DNA of 50,275 nt from the IMG/VR virus record IMGVR_UViG_3300037755_000900, positions 1-50,275 of that record; one strand, written 5' to 3'. This DNA is from a virus. Its lineage: Duplodnaviria > Caudoviricetes. The notes beneath the pieces are model-generated. The model saw only the letters and a list, made by a program, of their open reading frames with translations. It was not told where the DNA came from and ran no database searches. The position numbers were made by a program, and so were the translations under genes. Positions 9,353 through 15,502 of the stretch are shown one piece after another (the first letter of the stretch is position 1; every line of letters begins with the position of its first letter).

Positions 9353-9570
9353 TTCTCCTGCGCGTCGGCCACCTGCACGACTCTGACTTCCACGACACAG
9401 CCACAGCCGACTACGATATCCAGTGGATAATTAACAGCCGACCATTGCATGTTGCCGCATTCATAGTTGCCCTCCACCATGGGAACCCAGCAACCGTCAA
9501 CCATTTCCGGACACTCACTCCAGAGGGCGTAGGCGCCGCACCGATCGTTATCGCGAGTCAGATACATCAT
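9349..9570 (-). CDS. Hypothetical protein
   Basis: GGAG SD; coupled to downstream gene. Confidence 0.6.
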   Translation of the reverse strand: MMYLTRDNDRCGAYALWSECPEMVDGCWVPMVEGNYECGNMQWSAVNYPLDIVVGCGCVVEVRVVQVADAQEN

Positions 9571-9654
9571 TATCGTCTCTCCGTTTCCGCGAGTTGCAAT
9601 CTCGCATGGTCCTGCGCGTCGGCTTCAGATAAATTGTTTGCCACGTTACGATCA

Positions 9655-9837
9655 CTACCGCGATCTCGTCCCCGACCACGATCTCGACCCCGACCCCGAC
9701 CCCGACCACGATCTCGTCCCCGACCACGATCTCGACCCCGACCCCGACCCCGACCGCGATCTCGTCCCCGACCGCGAACACACCCGCGACCGCGATCCCG
9801 ACAGCGACCTCAATTTATGTCTTCGCCCTCGCATCAT
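9655..9837 (-). CDS. Arg/Ser/Gly/Trp-repeat peptide, 60 aa
   Basis: RSRSGSGSGSRSWSGTRSW...; start overlaps stop of upstream Sm-like gene; GGAG SD. Confidence 0.55.
   Translation of the reverse strand: MMRGRRHKLRSLSGSRSRVCSRSGTRSRSGSGSGSRSWSGTRSWSGSGSGSRSWSGTRSR
9661..9808. repeat. 6 bp periodic tandem repeat with a 48 bp higher-order unit
   Basis: (CGATCT CGTCCC CGACCA CGATCT CGACCC CGACCC CGACCC CGACCR) x2 plus a degenerate third unit. Confidence 0.9.
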
Positions 9838-10094
9838 TTGCTAACTCCGAATGCCTCAATGGCGCACCTCTGAACGAAGATGCGATCGAATTGAAATTTC
9901 TGTGTGTCCTTGTACTTCTTATCTGACCACTCACCAGTTTCATATACGATGGACGGGTCTTTCAGTTCGACGCACGTTTCATTCACGGAGACCAATTTAC
10001 CCTCGTAAAAATAGTTCATGCACAAAAGCAATACTCGCTCGCCGAGCAGTGCAACCAGGCCGACCATTTCTTCGCTTTCGACGATTCGTATCAC
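9834..10094 (-). CDS. Small beta-rich protein with an Sm/LSm-like pattern, 86 aa
   Basis: LLGERVLLLC...YEGKLVSVNETCVELKD...IFVQRCAIEAF; AAGGAG SD before GTG 10094. Confidence 0.55.
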   Translation of the reverse strand: MIRIVESEEMVGLVALLGERVLLLCMNYFYEGKLVSVNETCVELKDPSIVYETGEWSDKKYKDTQKFQFDRIFVQRCAIEAFGVSK

Positions 10095-10297
10095 GGCATT
10101 TCTCCTTGCTTGCTGTCTTCGGGTCCGATCATCTCGGACCAACAATCCAATGCGATGACCACCGCATACAGTATCTCCGCCAACGCCGCCCAACCGGATG
10201 ACGCAGATTGCGTATCGGCAAACGCGCAGGCTTCGTGCGCTTTTTCTGCCGAGGAACGTACGGCTTGGCTTATCCGACTTATCTGTTCCCCGTTCAT
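10091..10297 (-). CDS. Hypothetical protein
   Basis: GGAGGT SD before ATG 10297. Confidence 0.6.
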   Translation of the reverse strand: MNGEQISRISQAVRSSAEKAHEACAFADTQSASSGWAALAEILYAVVIALDCWSEMIGPEDSKQGEMP

Positions 10298-10299
10298 CT

Positions 10300-10509
10300 C
10301 TACCTCCATTCCGTTTTCGAGAGTTGCAATCTCGCATGGTCCTCTAGGTCAACGTCCCCGTCACCGTCCCGGTCGCATCCGGTGCAGCGGCAGCCCTTAC
10401 AGTCCGCGCACGGTAGGTGGCCGCACTCCCGACAGCGGTCGTCCTCCCACGGCTCATCGCTTTCGCGCTCGTGTTCACAGAATTCCCGGCTCAGCGAGTG
10501 TAGAGTCAT
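10300..10509 (-). CDS. Small acidic Cys-rich (3x CxxC) protein
   Basis: CRECGHLPCADCKGCRCTGC. Confidence 0.6.
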   Translation of the reverse strand: MTLHSLSREFCEHERESDEPWEDDRCRECGHLPCADCKGCRCTGCDRDGDGDVDLEDHARLQLSKTEWR

Positions 10510-10676
10510 CGTTCACTTCCATTGCCGGTGGCGCCGCCGTCGTGGTCGTCTTCTTCGGCCGTGCCGTCGTCCTCCACCGCGTCTTCTGTCAGTTTGCCAA
10601 CCATGATGCCCCACGCCAGTGGTGACTCGTATACGCCCTCATCAATCCGACGGAGGATGTTGGTAAGGTCATGCAC
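10506..10676 (-). CDS. 56 aa acidic protein (not in ORF track)
   Basis: GTG start after AAGGTG; VHDLTNILRRIDEGVYE...EDDGTAEEDDHD; ATGA overlap with next gene. Confidence 0.45.
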   Translation of the reverse strand: MHDLTNILRRIDEGVYESPLAWGIMVGKLTEDAVEDDGTAEEDDHDGGATGNGSER

Positions 10677-10810
10677 AGTCGATCACCTTGAATTCGTGGT
10701 CGGTGGCGGGACGGGGAAGGGCGAGGGGGCCACCGACCGGGTGTCCAGCACCTCCGCCGCCGGTGGCTCCCCCCTGTCCCCCACCACTCCTATCGGGCCG
10801 TGTGCTTCCA

Positions 10811-11191
10811 TCAGTTGCTCTCGGGGATCCAGGGCGGATCGGGGGTCGCCCAGACCTGATTGTTCTCGTTGCCTCCTGGGCTTCCCGAGAGGAAAATGAA
10901 CTCATCCACGGTCATTACATGGCGCTCGTGGGTGGTACCGTCGTCGCTCTTCCAGCGGTTGTGCCGAAGGCGGCCCCGCAGCAGCACCGCGCTGCCCTTC
11001 TTCATATAGCGATGGAATACCTCGGCGCCCGAACCCCACACCTCACAGGCCAGGAAGCAGGTCTCCGGCTCGCGGCCTTTACGGTAGTTGCAGGCTAGGG
11101 AGTAGGTACAGAGATTGTGGCCCCCCTTCACCACCTTGAGTTCCGGATCGGCGACTAGGTTTCCGCTCATCACCACCACGTTCAGGTTCAT
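10811..11191 (-). CDS. ssb: Single-stranded DNA-binding protein
   Basis: MNLNVVVMSGNLVADPELK...CEVWG...KKGSAVLLRGRLRHNRW; GGGAG SD. Confidence 0.93.
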   Translation of the reverse strand: MNLNVVVMSGNLVADPELKVVKGGHNLCTYSLACNYRKGREPETCFLACEVWGSGAEVFHRYMKKGSAVLLRGRLRHNRWKSDDGTTHERHVMTVDEFIFLSGSPGGNENNQVWATPDPPWIPESN

Positions 11192-11213
11192 GACTCGCTC
11201 CCAACTGCTTGAT

Positions 11214-11301
11214 GAGGCGACAGGGGAATCGAACCCCCGTTGCGGCGGATTATTTTGGAGTATCGACGGATCTCGCCGCCGCCGCTTCCCACCAGGCGCC
11301 C
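11214..11301 (-). ncRNA. tRNA-like structured RNA lacking a D-stem
   Basis: T-arm GGGGG-TTCGATT-CCCCT; acceptor-like GGGCGCC/GTCGCCT; 7 bp stem GCGGCGG/CCGCCGC; intergenic. Confidence 0.5.
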
Positions 11302-11358
11302 GAGGTCCTGATATTTGTAAGCAGCGCCGGGACCAGCGCGGTTGCCGAGTCCCCCTTG

Positions 11359-11919
11359 TCAGGCACCGGCGCGGGTGAGTGACAGTCGGGGCCAGTCGGG
11401 GTTGTTCTTGTTGGGGCTGACCCGCAGGACGCAGGGCACCCGATCCTGGACGCACTGCTGCATGAACTCACGGGCGTCGTTAAGGTCGTCGATGTCCTCA
11501 CCCTCGTTGAGCACTTTGATGTAGCCCTTAAAGCGGTTGATGCCCAGGGGCTGCTCACCGGAGGGCTTACCCTGGCGGTCCTTGAGGGGGACCATCAGGG
11601 AGTTCTCCATCCAATGCACCATGTTGCCCTGTTCGGAGCCGGGGCTGGTGATCTCCAGCCCGAGGTCGAAGCGGGCGTAGGGGTCTCCCTCACGGGTGGT
11701 CTGCTGGCTGACCTCGAAACTGGCGATTTGGCAATCCCAGTCCCCGATCGGCGGAAAGTAGGCCCCCCCGCTGCGGGATTCAGCCTCAGCGTAGGTGTTT
11801 TGCAATCCGGCCAGCAGTTCATCGAGGTTGGCGGTCTCCGTTCCCGCCCTCCCCTTGGGTGCTGCTGCCGTTGCGGCGGCGGTCGGCCCCGCCGGCCCTG
11901 ACAGTCTGTTACGTGCCAT
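11359..11919 (-). CDS. DUF669-like putative ssDNA-binding protein
   Basis: PPIGDWDCQIASFE...beta-rich core; typical position downstream of a phage AAA ATPase; AAGGAG SD. Confidence 0.5.
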   Translation of the reverse strand: MARNRLSGPAGPTAAATAAAPKGRAGTETANLDELLAGLQNTYAEAESRSGGAYFPPIGDWDCQIASFEVSQQTTREGDPYARFDLGLEITSPGSEQGNMVHWMENSLMVPLKDRQGKPSGEQPLGINRFKGYIKVLNEGEDIDDLNDAREFMQQCVQDRVPCVLRVSPNKNNPDWPRLSLTRAGA

Positions 11920-11943
11920 GTTGCTACTCCTTCTCTTGTATGG

Positions 11944-11988
11944 CGCCCGGTGGTTCCGGGCTCGGGTTAATGCCCGGTGCACCGGGCG
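11944..11988. other. Intergenic GC-rich hairpin
   Basis: CGCCCGGTG/CACCGGGCG outer stem and CCGGGC/GCCCGG inner stem. Confidence 0.6.
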
Positions 11989-11997
11989 GTTCTACGA

Positions 11998-13023
11998 CTA
12001 TGAACTCTCTACTGTCTTCGGCTGTTGGTGGTCCTGGGGCTGGGGCTGTTGGTCCTGCCAGGTGCGGGCGGCGGCCACGGCGGAGGTCCAGGCATCACAG
12101 AAGGTAGACCATCCGCCACCGTAGGGTAGGGGCAGGGGCTCGCCGGGGAGGAACTGGAGATACCGCGCCTTGATGAGGGCGCCCTCTCGGGAGGGGGTCA
12201 CGCCCAGCTCGGCGGAGCACGCCTGGACCTGCCGGGTCTGTACCTCGGGGACGGGGTCACCTTTGTTCTTGCCGAATTTCTTAGGGACCATGCGTCCCGT
12301 CTCGACCCGTTCCGTGGTGCTGGTGCGGTAGAGGTTGACCATGAGCTGAGCCTCACGGTAGAGGCGGCCGGCCAGGGACGGGATGATGGCCGGGGAGCTG
12401 TAGGGTTGCTCGCCGGGGTTCTTGCCGCCACGCTCGCGGACGTGGCCGATGCACGTCCAGCCATAACCCGCGGTGTAGAGGTCGGTGATCCAGCTCATCA
12501 CGGCGGTGGAGAACTTGGCGAACCCGGCACCCTCTTGGCCTGCCTCGAAGATGGTCTCTACCTGCCTGGTATGGCTGGTGTTGTAGTCGGCGGTGATCGC
12601 CGGTTCCAGGAGGTCACAGAAGCCGTCCACCGTGTCGATGACCACATGGTCACACCAGCGCTTTCCAGCCTCGCCGTCAGCGATCAGTTCGCGCAGGACC
12701 TCCACGAGAAGGTCGGTGGTCAGGATGGGAATTCGCACCGCTTTGCAGAAGGGGACGTCGCGGCCGCTGTCCTCCAGATCGAGGACTACGGCTCGGGGGT
12801 TGCTGTAAGCGAATGACGTCTTGCCGGTGCCGGGGTAGCCGGTCAGCCACAGGCGCAGGCGTTGGGGGTCAGTGGGGTTCCAAGCTCGCGTGGCTCCGAA
12901 CTTCCGGTACTTGTCCGGGATCGGCGTTCCATCCGGGAGCATCAGCCCGTCGTCCTGCGGTGCCTCCACCCTCGTTGTTCTTGCTGCTGTTCTTGCTGCT
13001 GCTGTCGAGCGTATTCTGGCCAT
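11998..13023 (-). CDS. AAA-family ATPase (Sak4-like recombination protein)
   Basis: Walker A GYPGTGKT, LDLEDS, Walker B VVIDT, IGH; adjacent to nuclease and SSBs. Confidence 0.8.
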   Translation of the reverse strand: MARIRSTAAARTAARTTRVEAPQDDGLMLPDGTPIPDKYRKFGATRAWNPTDPQRLRLWLTGYPGTGKTSFAYSNPRAVVLDLEDSGRDVPFCKAVRIPILTTDLLVEVLRELIADGEAGKRWCDHVVIDTVDGFCDLLEPAITADYNTSHTRQVETIFEAGQEGAGFAKFSTAVMSWITDLYTAGYGWTCIGHVRERGGKNPGEQPYSSPAIIPSLAGRLYREAQLMVNLYRTSTTERVETGRMVPKKFGKNKGDPVPEVQTRQVQACSAELGVTPSREGALIKARYLQFLPGEPLPLPYGGGWSTFCDAWTSAVAAARTWQDQQPQPQDHQQPKTVESS

Positions 13024-13035
13024 GGTCTTAGGTTC

Positions 13036-14214
13036 CTAGTCTTCGTCGGGGGTTGAGGGGTCGTCGCGGAAGTTGACTTCGTAACGGTACAACTCCTGGG
13101 ACCACGCTGCCGGATCGCGGGTGCAGAGCGGCAGGAAGGCACAAGGGGTGTTCCATTTGTAGCAGGCGCCGGTCTCGCTGCCGGTCCTGGGGTACAGCTC
13201 CAGGGGCAGCCCCAAGCGGCGGCTGGCTCTGGATACCCTGAACAGGATGCTCTTGAGTTCCGCGTCGAGGCTAGGGCCTCGGAACTTCAGGGAGCGCAGG
13301 AGGGCGGCGGGGCCGGAGTCACCCAGACGGCCGGCGGAGAAATCCACCTGCTTGGCGTTCATTGTTTTTCCAATGCGGTCCAGGAATTCATCGAAGGTCT
13401 CGGCCTGCTTCTGGCGTATGGCGGGCTTCTGAACGATGTCACAGAGCCAGCCGGTAAGGGGGTGCGCGGAGGGGTCGTCGGGGAGCCCGATGCTGGATCG
13501 CATTCCCGGGGACGAGAGCCACAGGGCGGTGGCGAGGCGGTAGAGCCGGGGCTGGACCTCGAAGCCCAGCGTGGCCATACGGGCGAGGGTGTCACGGCCG
13601 GTGGTCTTATGGTCCATGATCCACAGGGTGCCGTCTTTACGGTTTATCAGCAATACGTCGAGCTGGACGCGGAGGGAGGCACCGAAGCCCTTGAGGCGGA
13701 TGGTAAGCTGTCGCTCCACCGCGATGGGTTGCCAGATCTTGAACTGCTGCTCGGCGCCGTAGGCTTGCCAGGACCAGAGCGCGAGAGCACGGCCGATGCT
13801 GAAGTCCTTGCTGGCCCGCTGGATCACGCTGTCATAGGAGACCCCCCAGGGGAGGAGGCCGGAGTTGCTAACGCGGGACTGCAAGCGTTGCTCGAAGTCG
13901 GTCCATGCCGTTGCTGCAAGGTGTTCGACCTGCTGTTGGGATTTGCCGGACCAGAGGCCCGCCTTGATCGTGTGAAACACGGTGCCGACCGTAGGTGCCG
14001 AGACGTAGCTGAGGGGGGTTAGACCGAATCGGTGCCTGAAGAGGAACAGGCGCGGGCAGGACGCATGGTCGGTTATCTGGGTGCTGCGCAGAAACGACGG
14101 AGACGCGGTCAGGCCCAGGGATCGGGAGGCCAGTTCGGGGTCTCCGCGTTCGGGCTTGGCTACCTCCGTTACATGAATACCCTTGTAGTGACGGGGTCCT
14201 CTGGCAGTTGGCAT
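13036..14214 (-). CDS. PD-(D/E)XK Cas4/RecB-like exonuclease
   Basis: CPR...QLDVL...MDHKTT...QPRLY; C-terminal C-x6-C-x5-C. Confidence 0.85.
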   Translation of the reverse strand: MPTARGPRHYKGIHVTEVAKPERGDPELASRSLGLTASPSFLRSTQITDHASCPRLFLFRHRFGLTPLSYVSAPTVGTVFHTIKAGLWSGKSQQQVEHLAATAWTDFEQRLQSRVSNSGLLPWGVSYDSVIQRASKDFSIGRALALWSWQAYGAEQQFKIWQPIAVERQLTIRLKGFGASLRVQLDVLLINRKDGTLWIMDHKTTGRDTLARMATLGFEVQPRLYRLATALWLSSPGMRSSIGLPDDPSAHPLTGWLCDIVQKPAIRQKQAETFDEFLDRIGKTMNAKQVDFSAGRLGDSGPAALLRSLKFRGPSLDAELKSILFRVSRASRRLGLPLELYPRTGSETGACYKWNTPCAFLPLCTRDPAAWSQELYRYEVNFRDDPSTPDED

Positions 14215-14285
14215 GTCGTAGCTCCTTGCCGGCGCTGACCGTGCTCTCGGGGGTCGGTGGGCCGGTGCATTCCAGGATTTCTCAG

Positions 14286-14567
14286 TTACGTGCTCGTTGT
14301 AGCTCCTGTTCGCTCTGTTCGCTCTACTTGTTGAACGATCTGTTTATAGGGCACTCTCAGGGTCTTGGCCAGAAGTCGCAGATGGGTTTCGGTCGGCCGC
14401 CGGTGTCCGGTCAGCCAGCGGGAGACCGTCGCCTGCGAAACCCCCAACACCGCCGCTATAGCAGTCCTGGTGGCCCCCCGCTTGGCGACGATCTCCCGCA
14501 GCGCGTTGAGGTTCGCCTCTTGCGCGTTTCGGCTGACCGGTTTCAGTCCCGTGGATGCCATGCTCAT
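14286..14567 (-). CDS. XRE-family helix-turn-helix regulator
   Basis: TRTAIAAVLGVSQATVSRWLTGHRRP. Confidence 0.9.
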   Translation of the reverse strand: MSMASTGLKPVSRNAQEANLNALREIVAKRGATRTAIAAVLGVSQATVSRWLTGHRRPTETHLRLLAKTLRVPYKQIVQQVERTERTGATTST

Positions 14568-14583
14568 AGTACGCCCTCAGCAT

Positions 14584-14658
14584 TTGCGGGGGCTGGATTT
14601 GAACCAGCGACCTGATGGTTATGAGCCATCCGAGCTAGCCTGGCTGCTCTACCCCGCA
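14584..14658 (-). tRNA. tRNA-Met (CAT), initiator-type scaffold; CCA not encoded
   Basis: Full cloverleaf: TGCGGGG/CCCCGCA, GAGC/GCTC, GATGG-CTCATAA-CCATC, GCTGG-TTCAAAT-CCAGC. Confidence 0.93.
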
Positions 14659-14663
14659 GTGGT

Positions 14664-14792
14664 GCCCCCCGACCTCTTAACATCGGCGAAAATGGGATTC
14701 TGACGACCCAAACTCGCTTTCCAGGAAAAGACGCCGGTTCCGTCGTCAGACAAGCCGAGGCCTGGCGGGCCAACGACTCGACGGAATGGGGC
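14664..14792 (-). ncRNA. Candidate rod-shaped ncRNA upstream of the tRNA
   Basis: Perfect 9 bp stem TCTGACGAC/GTCGTCAGA plus outer CGTTGGC/GCCGATG and GCCCC/GGGGC pairings. Confidence 0.35.
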
Positions 14793-14868
14793 TCTGTTAC
14801 ACACTATTCGGTTCTCAGGATACTCCACAAGGCGAAGTCGCTTTGAGTCCCGTAGGTGCCATGCTCAT

Positions 14869-14897
14869 AGGGTACACCATGTCGTACCTTGTGTCAA
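14869..14897 (-). promoter_or_regulatory. Sigma70-type promoter
   Basis: TTGACA-17-TACCCT with upstream A tract. Confidence 0.7.
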
Positions 14898-15502
14898 GGG
14901 CCGGGGAAAGATTTTTCTCCACCCCCCTCACCTACAGCGTCCACCACGTCCGCCGTGTCCACCGCTATCGGACGGCGGGGAGGCTCGCGGAGGGCCAGGG
15001 CCGGGGCCAGCATCATGCGGAGCAGGAAGCCTCCGGCCAGGACGCGGGAGCGGGTCGCCCGAGCGGCCCCCAGGGTCAGGAGGGGGATGCTGAGGCTGTT
15101 CAGCTCGCGGAGCAGTTGGTCAAGGATCAGGTCCGGGTTCAGAGGCTGTCCGTTGGGCAGGGTCGCCGGACGGCTGAGGGTGGCGAGGCTTTCGTCCAGG
15201 AGCAGGACAGGGTGTGTGCAGGCATTCCGCAGGCGCTCCAGGGCCGCACGGAAGCGCTTGTAGTCCGCGGTGAACAGGTTGCCGTGCAGTTCGGAGAGGG
15301 ACGCCTTGCGCTCGATGATGCAGACGTTCGGGTACTCCTCCAGGCGATAGTCCCCGGAGCGCAGAGCCTTGCGCACGGTGCGCACCTGGATCAGAGCCGG
15401 GGCGCCGGTGCGGTCAGGCCAGTAGCGCAGGGTGGTTGGGAAGCGGAGGGGGTACTGCTCGCGGGTGTCCGCCACTAGGGTCAGGCGCTTGGGAGTGCTC
15501 AT
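14894..15502 (-). CDS. ERCC4-domain (XPF/Mus81-like) nuclease
   Basis: VADTREQYP...SGDY...IIERKASLSEL. Confidence 0.88.
   Translation of the reverse strand: MSTPKRLTLVADTREQYPLRFPTTLRYWPDRTGAPALIQVRTVRKALRSGDYRLEEYPNVCIIERKASLSELHGNLFTADYKRFRAALERLRNACTHPVLLLDESLATLSRPATLPNGQPLNPDLILDQLLRELNSLSIPLLTLGAARATRSRVLAGGFLLRMMLAPALALREPPRRPIAVDTADVVDAVGEGGGEKSFPGP

Larger units (their letters stand above)
9580..10343. repeat. 34 bp direct repeat (9580-9613 and 10310-10343)
   Basis: TCCGTTTYCGMGAGTTGCAATCTCGCATGGTCCT, 32/34 identical. Confidence 0.9.

Noticed and set aside
11200-11360. tmRNA gene
   Set aside because: Too short, no G3-U70 pair and no tag frame ending in Ala-Ala; kept only as a tRNA-like RNA.
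14584-14658. tRNA as an attP integration site
   Set aside because: No integrase or recombinase of the tyrosine or serine type was recognised.
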